From Pyrodictiaceae archaeon (GTDB taxonomy: Archaea > Thermoproteota > Thermoprotei_A > Sulfolobales > Pyrodictiaceae): a stretch of DNA of 64,000 nucleotides. The notes under the pieces are model-generated. The model did not search any database. It was given only the letters and a program-made list of their open reading frames with translations, and had not been told where the DNA came from. Made by a program: the position numbers and the translations under genes. Every line of letters begins with the position of its first letter. Position 1 is the first letter of the stretch. The stretch covers positions 516,880 to 580,879 of the forward strand of contig JALVSY010000007.1 of NCBI GenBank assembly GCA_027036135.1, read 5' to 3'. Shown here one piece after another: positions 1 through 9,893 of this stretch.

Positions 1-80
1 TTTTGCTTCTTCTCAAGCTTCTCTAGAATCCTCTTAGAAACCTGGCTAAGCACAGTAGACAATACCGCTTCCTCGGCCAA
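1..80 (-). CDS. 5' end of a third coiled-coil repeat protein paralog (continues beyond the window's left edge)
   Basis: Reverse strand from TTG at 80 reads (M)AEEAVLSTVLSQVSKRILEKLEKKQ, near-identical to the N-termini of 4317-4955 and 15935-16417; not in the ORF track. Confidence 0.85.
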   Translation of the reverse strand, partial: MAEEAVLSTVLSQVSKRILEKLEKKQ

Positions 81-319
81 GCGCCTTGCCCCGGGGGTAC
101 CTATTAGTTGTAGGACCATAATTACTTTATTAGGGGATGCCTCGGCTGGCTTAGGGTTTTTCGTTTTCCTCGGCGGCTCCGAGGGTGTGGTTCCCTAGTG
201 CTGTTCCTGGCTTTTCTTCCTGGTTCCTGGCTGTGTTCCTGGAGCGGCTGCACGGTGATGGCTGGGCACTATTTTCTACCTCCCGGGTGTTCACCCTAGG
301 TGGCAGGGGTGGTTCTTGT

Positions 320-1399
320 TTGAGGGGTGTCTTGCTTCATGGGGGGCTTGGTACCCGGTTGAGGCCTTTGACTCATACTGGTCCTAAGCAGCTTATCCGT
401 GTCGCTGGTAAGCCGGTTTCTCAGTGGGTGTTGGAGGATCTCCGTGACGCTGGTGTAAGGGAGATAGGAGTGGTTCTTGGCACAGTGTCTCCTCTCCGTG
501 TCGTGGAGTACTATGGTGATGGCTCGTGGCTAGGGGTTGAGCTGACCTATATTTATCAAGGATACCCGTATGGCTTGGCTCACGCCGTTTATCTTGCCAG
601 GGACTTTGTCGGGGATGAGCCCTTCGTGGTGTATCTCGGCGATAATATCCTGGCTGGTGGTATCAGGGAGTACGTGGAGAGGTTCTTGGAGAGCGGCGCC
701 GACGCCATGGTCTTGCTCGCGGAGGTTGAGGACCCGCGGCGCTTCGGGGTAGCAAAGTTCGATGAAGGGGGCCGTCTCGTTGGGCTTGTCGAGAAGCCCC
801 GTGTACCGCCGAGCAACTACGCGCTCGTCGGGGTCTACATGTTCCGCCCACCCCATATCTTCCGAGCTATTGAGGGCCTTAGGCCTAGTTGGCGCGGGGA
901 GCTCGAGATAACCGATGCTATCCAGCGCCTCATTGACTGGGGCCTAAGGGTAGACTACGCCGTCGTGGAGGGGTGGTGGAAGGACACAGGGACTCCCGGT
1001 GACATTCTCGAGGCTAACCGGTTGCTCCTCGACGAGAAGATACCCGGGGCCCGTCTAGAGGGCGTGGTGGAGCCCGGTGCCCGTGTAGAGGGGAGAGTGG
1101 TTGTCGAGGAGGGTGCCCGTGTAGAGAGTGGCGCGGTTGTCCGTGGCCCCGCCTATATTGGCCGGGGGAGCAGGGTTGGGCCGGGCACCTACGTGGGGCC
1201 TTACACGAGTCTGGGCTGGAACACCGTGCTCGAGAACGTGGAGATAGAGAACAGTGTGGTAATGGATGGCGCTAGGCTGGTCAACGCTGGCCGCGTCGTG
1301 GATAGCCTCGTGGGAGCCGAGGCAGAGATAGCCACGAGCACCGGGCTGCCGAGCGGTCACCGGTTCATAGTCGGCGAGAAGGCGAGGATAAGGCTCTAG
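320..1399 (+). CDS. rmlA: glucose-1-phosphate thymidylyltransferase (long form with C-terminal hexapeptide repeats)
   Basis: GGLGTRLRPLT..PKQL nucleotidyltransferase motif, EKP, RGELEITD; likely start TTG at 320 rather than 185; first gene of rml operon. Confidence 0.93.
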   Translation: MRGVLLHGGLGTRLRPLTHTGPKQLIRVAGKPVSQWVLEDLRDAGVREIGVVLGTVSPLRVVEYYGDGSWLGVELTYIYQGYPYGLAHAVYLARDFVGDEPFVVYLGDNILAGGIREYVERFLESGADAMVLLAEVEDPRRFGVAKFDEGGRLVGLVEKPRVPPSNYALVGVYMFRPPHIFRAIEGLRPSWRGELEITDAIQRLIDWGLRVDYAVVEGWWKDTGTPGDILEANRLLLDEKIPGARLEGVVEPGARVEGRVVVEEGARVESGAVVRGPAYIGRGSRVGPGTYVGPYTSLGWNTVLENVEIENSVVMDGARLVNAGRVVDSLVGAEAEIATSTGLPSGHRFIVGEKARIRL

Positions 1400-1415
1400 G
1401 AGGGCATGGGTAGCC

Positions 1416-2432
1416 GTGAGGGTGCTGGTTGCTGGCGGCGCGGGGTTCATGGGTAGCAACTTTGTCCGCTACCTCCTAGGGCGCTACCCGGACGCCGAGG
1501 TACTGGTCTATGATAAGCTTACGTATGCTGGCCGCCTGGATAACCTAAGGGACGTGTACTGGGACAAGAGGTTCAGGTTCGTCCTCGGAGACATTGGTGA
1601 CGAGGAGCGACTAATGGAGGTTATAAAGAGCTTTGAACCGGACGTGATAGTTAACTTCGCGGGCGAGACCCACGTAGACCGGAGCATCAATGAGCCAGCC
1701 CCCTTCCTGGAAACCAATGTTGTTGGCGTGTTCCACCTACTCGAGGTTGCTAGGAGGCTCGAGGTGCCCCGCCTAGTACATATAAGCACCGACGAGGTCT
1801 ACGGCGACCGATGGAACCTCCCCCCGGCCAGTGAGGATGATTGTTTCAGGCCGAGTAGCCCCTACTCTGCTAGCAAGGCCTCCGGGGACCTACTATGCCA
1901 AGCTTATTGGAGAACCTATAGACTACCAGTAATTATTCTACGGCCCTCTAACAACTATGGCCCATACCAGTACCCGGAGAAGCTCATACCACGGACAATT
2001 ATCCGCGCACTACACGACAAACCGATACCGCTCTACGGCGGGGGATGGCAGAAACGGGACTGGCTATACGTAATGGACTTCGCGGAGGCCCTGGATACTG
2101 TTATGAGGCGGGGCTCCCCGGGGGAGGCCTACAACGTGCCAGGCTTCAACGAGAAGACCAACCTGGAGGTCGTGAGGGACATACTGAGGCTCATGGGCAA
2201 GCCAGAGACACTGATAAAGACGGTGGAGGATAGGCCTGGTCATGACCGCCGCTACGCAATGAGGGGCGAGAAGATACTCTCCCTGGGCTGGCGCCCAAAG
2301 ACACCGTGGCACAAGGGACTAAGGGAGACCATTGAGTGGTACCTGGGGAATGAGTGGTGGTGGCGCCCCCTCCTAGGCGACGAGTTCTTCGCCGAGGACA
2401 CGCCCTGGGAAACGAGGCGACAAAACGGCTAG
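1416..2432 (+). CDS. rmlB: dTDP-glucose 4,6-dehydratase
   Basis: GGAGFMG, DKLTYAG, ETHVDRSI, STDEVYG, YSASK, RPGHDRRY motifs. Confidence 0.96.
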   Translation: MRVLVAGGAGFMGSNFVRYLLGRYPDAEVLVYDKLTYAGRLDNLRDVYWDKRFRFVLGDIGDEERLMEVIKSFEPDVIVNFAGETHVDRSINEPAPFLETNVVGVFHLLEVARRLEVPRLVHISTDEVYGDRWNLPPASEDDCFRPSSPYSASKASGDLLCQAYWRTYRLPVIILRPSNNYGPYQYPEKLIPRTIIRALHDKPIPLYGGGWQKRDWLYVMDFAEALDTVMRRGSPGEAYNVPGFNEKTNLEVVRDILRLMGKPETLIKTVEDRPGHDRRYAMRGEKILSLGWRPKTPWHKGLRETIEWYLGNEWWWRPLLGDEFFAEDTPWETRRQNG

Positions 2433-2444
2433 GAGGTGTAACCC

Positions 2445-3347
2445 GTGGCGCGCGTACTCCTGACCGGAGCCGGGGGCCTCCTCGGCCAGAAACTGGTAAA
2501 GGTACTAGCGGATAGGGGCCACGAGGTAGTAGCTGTTTACCGTGTCCACGAGCCCCCAGCGGCCCAAGGCGTTAAGCCGGTTAGGCTGGACGTGACTGAC
2601 TGGGTTAGGCTAGAAGACCTAGTGCTAAAGACCCGGCCAGGCACAATAATACATGCAGCGGCCTACACTGATGTGGATGGCTGCGAGAAGGACAAGCAAT
2701 GGGCGTGGAGAGTAAACGTCGCCGCCACTAGGAGCATAGTAAGGGCAGCAAGGGTCGTCAACGCGCACCTAGTCTACGTCTCCACTGACTACGTGTTTGA
2801 CGGCGAGAAGGGGATGTACAGGGAAACCGATACACCGAGCCCCGTGAACTACTACGGGTTAACAAAGCTCGTAGCAGAGGAGCTTGTGAGGAGCAGCGAG
2901 CTACTATACACAATCGTTAGGCCGAGCGCGATATACGGTATAGGGGGCTCCAAGAAGAGCTTCGCCGAGTACGTAGCAGAAAAACTAGCCCAAGGGGAAC
3001 AAGTCAAGGCACTCACAGACCAATACGTGTCACCGACCCACAACGAGCTATTAGCGGAGGCCCTAGCCGAGATAATAGAGCTCAAGCCACTAGGCACGCT
3101 CCACGTAGCAGGCCCCAGGATGAACCGATACGAGTTCGCCAAGAAAATAGCAGAGACACTAGGCCTACCAACAAGCCTAGTAAAGCCAGCAACCATGGAG
3201 GAGATGCAGGGGAGATGGGTAGCGAGGAGACCCAGGGACTCAAGCCTAGACACGGGCAAGGCGCAAAACCTACTAGAGACACCTTTCAGCGACATAGACG
3301 AGGCAATGAAGAGACTAAAGAGAGACTGGGAGAACAAGGGTAGGTAG
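2445..3347 (+). CDS. rmlD: dTDP-4-dehydrorhamnose reductase
   Basis: GAGGLLG, AAYTDVDGCE, STDYVFDG, YGLTK. Confidence 0.95.
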   Translation: MARVLLTGAGGLLGQKLVKVLADRGHEVVAVYRVHEPPAAQGVKPVRLDVTDWVRLEDLVLKTRPGTIIHAAAYTDVDGCEKDKQWAWRVNVAATRSIVRAARVVNAHLVYVSTDYVFDGEKGMYRETDTPSPVNYYGLTKLVAEELVRSSELLYTIVRPSAIYGIGGSKKSFAEYVAEKLAQGEQVKALTDQYVSPTHNELLAEALAEIIELKPLGTLHVAGPRMNRYEFAKKIAETLGLPTSLVKPATMEEMQGRWVARRPRDSSLDTGKAQNLLETPFSDIDEAMKRLKRDWENKGR

Positions 3348-3349
3348 CG

Positions 3350-3904
3350 ATGCCCTTCGAGTTCCAGAGACTAGAGATACCCGACGTAGTACTGGTAAAG
3401 ATAAAGATGTTTAGCGACGAGCGCGGCTTCTTCGCGGAGCTCTACAAGAGAACACCGTTCCTAGCCAGCGGCATACCCTATGACTTCGTCCAGGTCAACC
3501 TCTCCTACTCCAGGCGGGGCGTGGTTCGGGGGCTTCACTACCAGCTCAAGCCCCACGAGCAGGGCAAACTAGTGTATGTTCTACGGGGCCGGGTAGTGGA
3601 CGTGGCCCTCGACATTAGGAAGGGGAGCCCCTGGTACGGGCGACACGTCATGGTTGAGCTTACGCCGGGTACTGGTCTCTGGGTTCCGCCGGGCTTCGCG
3701 CACGGGTTCCAGGCGCTCGAGGACACGTTGTTCCTCTACCTAGTAACCAAGGAGTATAACAGGGAGGCGGAGAGGTGCATACGCTGGGACGACCCAGGGC
3801 TAGGAATACAGTGGCCCATCAGAGACAACGTGGTGATCAGCGACAAGGACAAACAATGCCCAGGGTTCAGGGAGGCGGAGACAAACTTCGAGTACCCAAT
3901 ATAA
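3350..3904 (+). CDS. rmlC: dTDP-4-dehydrorhamnose 3,5-epimerase
   Basis: DERGFF, RGLHYQ, QGKLV, PPGFAHGF. Confidence 0.96.
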   Translation: MPFEFQRLEIPDVVLVKIKMFSDERGFFAELYKRTPFLASGIPYDFVQVNLSYSRRGVVRGLHYQLKPHEQGKLVYVLRGRVVDVALDIRKGSPWYGRHVMVELTPGTGLWVPPGFAHGFQALEDTLFLYLVTKEYNREAERCIRWDDPGLGIQWPIRDNVVISDKDKQCPGFREAETNFEYPI

Positions 3905-4316
3905 ACAGTGATACGCGGAACTATGAGACATGCCTTTGGCTAGGCAACTACTCCTCGCCGAGGGTATGGGTTAGCGATTCCCCAAGGGAGCCTATGCTGG
4001 CCAGGGATCAGGGCTTTTTCCCGGGCACTGGCCAGGGCCTAGGCGCGTTATAGCAACGTCTCGCTGTAAAGGATGGTCTCCCCAAGGGTTGGTGCCTAGG
4101 CGTGGAGGCCGTGCTCGGCGGTGGTCTTACTAGCCCGGGGTTGAGCCATAAACCGGGCCGGGGATAGCCACTATGCAGCGCACAGAGTCAATAGGCTCTC
4201 CTCGAGGAGCCCCTGGGCCTCTATGTGTGATTTGGCCAGCGCTCTACAAGTAGGGAGACACTGAGTCACCACACCCTCTCCGCTACGCATCAATTATAGG
4301 TTATAATTTAGTGTTT

Positions 4317-4955
4317 TTACCGCCCTCTTAGCTCTGCGTATAGCTTGTATAGCTCGTCTATTCTCTTATTTGTTTCCTCGATCTTAGCAAGTAGTGTTTC
4401 CTGAACCCTATCAATCCTCCTATTTGTCTCTTCTATTTTTGCTAGTAATGCTTCCCGTACATGATCTATCCTAGCCGATAGAGACGTCTGTATAGAATCT
4501 ATCCTCTTGTTTGTCTCATCTATTCTCTTATTGGTCTCCTCTATTTTTGTTAATAGTGTTTCTTGTACTTTGTCTATTCTTTTATTGGTTTCATCTATGC
4601 GTTTATTTATCTCCTCTATTTTGGCCAAGAGGGTCTCTTGTACGCGGTCTATCCTCTTATTGGTATCGTCTATGCGCTTATTTGATTCATCTATTTTAGC
4701 CAATAATGTCTCCTGCACGTTACCAATTCTCTTGTTCGTCTCGTCGATGCGTTTGTTCGTCTCATCTATTCTCCTATTGACCTCTCTGATCTCTTCCCTT
4801 AGCTCTCTCCTTGTCTCCCTTATCTCCCTATGGGTGAGATCAAGGTACAATAATATCAGATCTTCTGTGCTGAGCTTCTTCCCCTTCTCCAGCTTCTCCA
4901 ATATCTTCTTAGAGACCTGGCTAAGAACAGAAGACAATACAGCCTCCTCGGCCAA
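4317..4955 (-). CDS. coiled-coil repeat protein (IDETNKR heptads plus 11-aa units)
   Basis: Tandem IDETNKR / IDRVQETLLAK units; paralogs at 1-80 and 15935-16417. Confidence 0.85.
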   Translation of the reverse strand: MAEEAVLSSVLSQVSKKILEKLEKGKKLSTEDLILLYLDLTHREIRETRRELREEIREVNRRIDETNKRIDETNKRIGNVQETLLAKIDESNKRIDDTNKRIDRVQETLLAKIEEINKRIDETNKRIDKVQETLLTKIEETNKRIDETNKRIDSIQTSLSARIDHVREALLAKIEETNRRIDRVQETLLAKIEETNKRIDELYKLYAELRGR

Positions 4956-5520
4956 AGCCCAGAACCCCGGATACCCTCTTCACTCCCTAAGCCAGGCAAT
5001 ATAGCTACCCCGCGAGGCCCCCTCTCCGGCACAAGTAACCAGGGAAAAGAAGACTGCACTACAGAAGGCACAGGGAAGCACTGCCCTAGTAGAACTGAAC
5101 CCCGGTCTCTTCCTGAGCAATATATGGTAGCAAGCGACGCTATTCCCGAGGCAGGGAACCAAGTACAGCGTATAGAGACGCGACACGGCAGTTACATGAT
5201 GCGTATAGAGAAACGAATAGTGACCCGCTGGAACAGTGCCTCATAATCACCCCGAGAGGCGTGTAATGAGCAAGAACCAGGAGAAGCAATACCAGCGCGC
5301 AAGGGAGAAGAGATGGTCCCCGTCTCTAGGAGCTTTCTTAACTCAGAGAGTACAAGGAGCGATCCTAGTGAGATGCCTCTACTTAGGCGGCAAAAATGCA
5401 GGAGTGTCTCATCCAGATATTAGATAGCATAAACGCGGTAAAGGTTGTCCTGGTTGTGTTTGCTAGAAGTCTCATAGTGTAGACTAGGTTTTAATAATCA
5501 TTAAATAGATCTGGGTACAT

Positions 5521-5886
5521 GTGGGTAAACTGCGCAACGTTTTGCTCACAGCACAAGTAGCTTTGGCTCCCTCTGTGCCTGAGAGGTACTTGGCTCCCAT
5601 TAAGGTGTATTGGGGAAGGAAGCTCGCGATGTCCGTCGCTTTGGAGTTTAACCCTGTGACGATAATTAATAGGGCTGTCGACGAGTTACCTAAAGCTATT
5701 GATGCAGGAGCTGAAGTTTACCGGGTTCTCGAGAAGGGTACTAGGCGGCTTAGGAGCTTCTACGAGCTATTGGTCGGTGGAGCTGATATAGAGGCTGTTG
5801 CCGGCAAGGCCCAGGCACTGAGGCGGGATGAGCTTAGCCGCCTACTCCGCACCGAGATACACCTGCTCTCCGCAGAGCCGGGATGA
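5521..5886 (+). CDS. hypothetical protein
   Basis: 121-aa ORF after an AT-rich promoter-like stretch; ATGA overlap with the next ORF. Confidence 0.6.
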   Translation: MGKLRNVLLTAQVALAPSVPERYLAPIKVYWGRKLAMSVALEFNPVTIINRAVDELPKAIDAGAEVYRVLEKGTRRLRSFYELLVGGADIEAVAGKAQALRRDELSRLLRTEIHLLSAEPG

Positions 5887-6314
5887 CGAGAATAGTTCAG
5901 AGGCTTGCGGGTAGACAAGCAGTAGCGACGCTGCAAAGGCTCCTATGGAGCGCTACTAGAATCCTACACCTAGCCTACCTCGCTACCGGGAGAAGCGATG
6001 CGAGAGACACGGCAATGCTGCTCTACTCCCTCGAGAAAGTAGCGGGGAGAGAGATGGTCGAGAGGCTTGGCTACTTACTCGCATCAGCTACTCTGATGAC
6101 CCGCGGGAGGAGAGAGGAGGCACTAGCACTGGCAGCATACGCTACCAGAGACCTACTAGTCACCGCGCCCAAGTCGCCGCTGAGAAACACAGAGGCCTGG
6201 AGGAGTGCTCTCCAATTAACATACCTGCTTGAGGTGGGCAGCGACGTGGATGGAAGACTCCTCGAGACGTGGGGCCTCGGCAGGGCCCTAGAACAAGTCT
6301 ACATGGAGGGCTAA
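5883..6314 (+). CDS. hypothetical helical protein
   Basis: 143-aa ORF translationally coupled to the previous gene. Confidence 0.6.
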   Translation: MTRIVQRLAGRQAVATLQRLLWSATRILHLAYLATGRSDARDTAMLLYSLEKVAGREMVERLGYLLASATLMTRGRREEALALAAYATRDLLVTAPKSPLRNTEAWRSALQLTYLLEVGSDVDGRLLETWGLGRALEQVYMEG

Positions 6315-6994
6315 GGGGGGCAACCGTAGAAGAGACGCTAAGAGTACTCATAGACACTAATATCCTGGCCCACATTTTCGCCAAGGGCTCGGGTAGGCTT
6401 AGCTTCTGGGCTAGAGCCCTCCTAGTAAGAGAACTCCTTGGGAGAAACGACACGATTATTGTGGTATACGAGGAACAAGTAGAGTACGAGATAAGGCGTG
6501 CACTAGACAACATGATAGTAACCGGTGCTATAACAGTTGAGCCAAAGCTCGAAGCCATAAGGAACATTTACAGAGACTACAGTGACCTTATAAATAGCTG
6601 CGTAGAGCTCGGCAAGTGCAAGGTAGCAAAGAGACAAGAAAGCCACATCGCACGAGCGGCAAGCTTAAACAGGTAGCTAGAGGCATGTCGTCTAAGACTA
6701 AGAGGGAACATAGGCAGCGACTTAATACTAATAGCAGCGGCGGAGGAACAAGAAGCGGTAATACTGACTAGCGACGTATCCACAATGTACCGAGCCTACC
6801 GCGAATGCCTACACAAAAGAGTAAGAATACCCTCAATGTACCTACTCGAAGTAGACGAGAACACTAGGACACTGAGGTACCACGTATGTGGACAAACTAT
6901 ATCCCCGCTGGAAGAGGCCCTCAATAATACAGCCAAAAACACTAGGCATAAACCGGGACACAACAATACGAGAGTGCTAGGTGAAACAAACTAA
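6269..6994 (+). pseudogene. PIN-domain protein interrupted by an in-frame TAG at 6674-6676
   Basis: VLIDTNIL N-terminal PIN motif; the same frame after the TAG reads ..SDLILIAAAEEQEAVILTSD.. (C-terminal PIN motif) and joins ORF 6785-6994. Confidence 0.75.
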
Positions 6995-7070
6995 CCGTAA
7001 ACAAGTAGACACGATTCTCCTGAAGCCTCTAGAGTAAGAGTATGTTCTTGTTAATGCACTATTATCCTAT

Positions 7071-7080
7071 ACCTATAGGT
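7071..7080. promoter_or_regulatory. palindrome ACCTATAGGT upstream of antitoxin 1 (candidate operator)
   Basis: The same palindrome, inside a shared TACCTATAGGTGGTAT, recurs at 8124-8133 upstream of the paralogous antitoxin. Confidence 0.5.
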
Positions 7081-7128
7081 GGTATAAGGAACGTACTGCG
7101 GCTTGGGTAGGCTTATTGGTGGTTATCC

Positions 7129-7401
7129 GTGGCTCCCTTGATAGAGGGTATGGGCTTGGGTAGTTATGTGACTGTCTCTGTGAAGGTGAGGCGGGAACTT
7201 AAGGATGAAGCTGAGAGACTGGGTATCAAGCTATCTGAGGTTCTTCGACGGGCGCTTGAGGAGGAGGTTGAGAGGCGTAGGCTGGAGATGCTTAAGAAGG
7301 AGCTTGAGGAGCTAAGCGATGCCCTAGAGAGGATAGACGTGGAGCGATTTGTGAAGTATATTAGGGAGGATAGGGAGAATGACCGAGAGGTTATTGTTTG
7401 A
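7129..7401 (+). CDS. vapB: VapB-type (RHH/CcdA-like) antitoxin
   Basis: YVTVSVKV..ELK..A..LGI..SEVLRRALEEEV, C-terminal IREDR; overlaps a PIN gene; start probably slightly downstream. Confidence 0.8.
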   Translation: MAPLIEGMGLGSYVTVSVKVRRELKDEAERLGIKLSEVLRRALEEEVERRRLEMLKKELEELSDALERIDVERFVKYIREDRENDREVIV

Positions 7402-7786
7402 CGCCTCCTCCCTAATATACGCTCTTAAGCTTAGAAGACTAGATGTACTTCGTGATAACCATGTTCAATGGCTTACAATTTACGAGGCCTTGAACGGGCT
7501 TTGAAGGGAAGCTAGCCTAGTTAAATCAATTAGCGCTGAGAAGGCAGTGGCCCTAGCCAGGGTGTTTGGCAAGGTACTAGGACATATGAGTATTCTTAGC
7601 CCCCGCGGCCTTGAAGAGGAAATCCTAAGGACTGCACTAGAGCATGGAGTAACCGTATACGATGCATCCTATATAGTATTGGCAAGGAAAATGGCCTCAT
7701 ACTCGTAACAGAGGATAAAAAGCTAAGAAACAAAAGCAGCGGAAATAATCACTGTAAAAAGCCTAGAAGAAATCGTCAAGAAATAA
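7379..7786 (+). pseudogene. vapC: vapC toxin pseudogene
   Basis: MTERLLFDASSL.., TGA at 7502-7504 where the paralog has Trp (ALWKE), later TVYDASY, then indels near 7690 and 7735 around LVTEDKKL. Confidence 0.85.
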
Positions 7787-8123
7787 TAAGGTACTAGGTT
7801 CTTGCCAGGGTCTTAAAGAGTACAGAGACTAGTAGAGAGTATGTCATCAATGATAAGGACGTGGCAAGGACACCTCAATGCTTAGCAGCGACACGGGAAC
7901 CTGACGGCTTTAATCGCAGTTGATCTGATGCTGTTCCATATCCCTATGCCTCTAATTGCAGCGATAATTGGAGTTGTTGAAGAGTATCATCTTGTGGTTT
8001 AGGCGGTGGCTGCCTGGGAGCTGGAGGGCTTGGGAGTGATTGGTTGAGGACTTGGCGGCTTTCTTGGCTGTGGATGGGGGCTGCGTTGGTGAACTGGTGG
8101 CTGGTAGACCTTATATGTGGTCT

Positions 8124-8133
8124 ACCTATAGGT
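8124..8133. promoter_or_regulatory. second ACCTATAGGT palindrome upstream of antitoxin 2
   Basis: Matches 7071-7080; follows a TTATAT box. Confidence 0.5.
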
Positions 8134-8151
8134 GGTATTTTGGCGGTGGCT

Positions 8152-8380
8152 GTGGGCTATGTTACTGTTTCTGCTAAGATTCCTCGCAAGCTGAAGGAGC
8201 TGTCTTGACATGTATGGGATTAAGCCTGGCCCGGTGATCCGGAAGGCTCTGGAGGAGGAGGTTAGGAAGCGCATGCTTGAGGAGATCGAGGCCCGGGCTA
8301 GGGAGCTGGGCAGCAGGGTCTCCCATATACCTGACGAGGAAATCGCTAAGCTGATACGCGAGGATCGAGGAAAGAGGTAG
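8152..8380 (+). pseudogene. vapB: frameshifted vapB antitoxin
   Basis: GYVTVSAKIPRKLKEL, one extra base near 8203, then LDMYGIKPGPVIRKALEEEVRKR...IREDRGKR*; paralog of 7129-7401. Confidence 0.8.
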
Positions 8381-8388
8381 GCAGGGGG

Positions 8389-8790
8389 ATGTATTTATTC
8401 GACGCGAGCGCCTTGGTGAACCTGGTTAAGAAGGGCAGGGTTAAACCACTCGCCAAGGGGGCTACACTAGATCTGGCACTCTATGAGTCCCTGAACGCCC
8501 TGTGGAAAGAGTACAGACTGCTGGAGAGGATCGACGAAGAGACAGCACTGAGGTTCGTGGACATTATCAGCGACGTGTTCAGCGTTATAGATGTGTTGTC
8601 GGTGAGGGGCCTTGAGAGAGAAGTCTTTGAGCTAGCAGCTAGGGATGGCTTCACGGTGTACGATGCATCCTACCTATACGTGGCGATGAAGAATGGCTAC
8701 ATGCTCGTAACCGATGACAAGGAGCTTAGAAACAAGGCCTCAAAATACGTAGAGACAGTCTCCAGTAACGAGCTAGCAGATAGACACTAA
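8389..8790 (+). CDS. vapC: VapC PIN-domain toxin (intact)
   Basis: LFDASAL, YE, TVYDASY, LVTDD acidic PIN residues. Confidence 0.9.
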   Translation: MYLFDASALVNLVKKGRVKPLAKGATLDLALYESLNALWKEYRLLERIDEETALRFVDIISDVFSVIDVLSVRGLEREVFELAARDGFTVYDASYLYVAMKNGYMLVTDDKELRNKASKYVETVSSNELADRH

Positions 8791-9126
8791 GTTTATGGAA
8801 GAGGGGTTCTCGCAGAGCAGCTACACCGCTACCTCCGAGCCCGAGAAGAGATATCTGGGACTTTCTACCCGAAGAGGCAACACTTAGTAGTTAGCGATTT
8901 AGCACTTGTTGTTGCCTGGCTGGGAATGACTTCTCAACGTTTCACGGCCGAGTTTCTTCTTCAATGCCCGGTATAGTGCATGCCGCGGCAACTGCTTTTG
9001 GGCATTGCTGACGCGTTTTAAAGCCTTGCCCCCGGGTCTTGTTTACATGCAATACAATTATAAGTACAGAGGGATACAATCTATAGTTCTCGGTTCTGCT
9101 TCCATCTTGGTTTAAGGTAAGAGGCG

Positions 9127-9678
9127 TTGCCTGTGACGTACAAGGTGCTTGTTCCGAGGAAATTTGTGCTGGAGACCGGTGACGTGGTAGCTCTTACCGA
9201 GAAGGATGCCGAGAGGCTTGCTAGGGATACTGTATTTAGGCTCTGGGTTCCCGACATCGGTTCCGTTCACGAGTATCTTGTAGAGGCCCAGGGCTTTGAA
9301 AAAGCTCTCCCAGCGATGCCGAAGGGAGAGAAGTATAGCCTACGTAGAGCCATAGATAATGCTTGGGAACTCCACCTAAGACTCTATGATGACGGCTTTA
9401 TTGATGCCGAGGTCGAGGTTAGGAGAGAATACATAGAGCACTTGACATCGGGTCAGAGACTCAACATAGTATACGAAGCGTATGACTCGTACAAAGGCGT
9501 ATACGATAAGCTTCACTTATGGTACGCGCCTTCGCGTAGCTGGGTGATAGGCATAATTGATAACTTCAGCCTGGAGTTGCACGAGCCGGGCAGACTGATT
9601 CCCTGGAAACCCATAGTCCTCGGCGTGGCAGCAGGCATACTAGTTACATATAGGTTGTTAAAGCCGCGAAAACACTAG
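9127..9678 (+). CDS. hypothetical protein with C-terminal membrane anchor
   Basis: 183-aa ORF ending in a hydrophobic helix plus basic tail. Confidence 0.7.
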   Translation: MPVTYKVLVPRKFVLETGDVVALTEKDAERLARDTVFRLWVPDIGSVHEYLVEAQGFEKALPAMPKGEKYSLRRAIDNAWELHLRLYDDGFIDAEVEVRREYIEHLTSGQRLNIVYEAYDSYKGVYDKLHLWYAPSRSWVIGIIDNFSLELHEPGRLIPWKPIVLGVAAGILVTYRLLKPRKH

Positions 9679-9893
9679 GGTCAATACCCTCCCTTAAGCC
9701 ATGAAGCCTTGTAGAAATGGCTTCCCGTAGAGGATGGTTCCCGGCTCTTCCTATATGGACTCCTTTGGCTAAGTAGTACTGTCTCTGGTAGGCCGGCCTA
9801 CCTAGCTTATGGTAAGTGTTAAAGCAGGGATACCCGGTCCTCGCCGGGAAGAGTGGCGAGGTGAGGGATAGAATTACTGGCTCGAAGCGATCC

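Noticed and set aside
185-319. N-terminal extension of rmlA in the ORF track
   Set aside because: No family similarity; the conserved motif begins at TTG 320
4507-5004. Hydrophobic plus-strand ORFs here and at 15963-16505
   Set aside because: Antisense shadows of the coiled-coil repeat genes
6674-6676. Pyrrolysine read-through of the TAG (or selenocysteine at TGA 7502)
   Set aside because: No pyl/sel genes in the window; 7502 aligns to Trp and that gene has further indels, so decay is the simpler explanation
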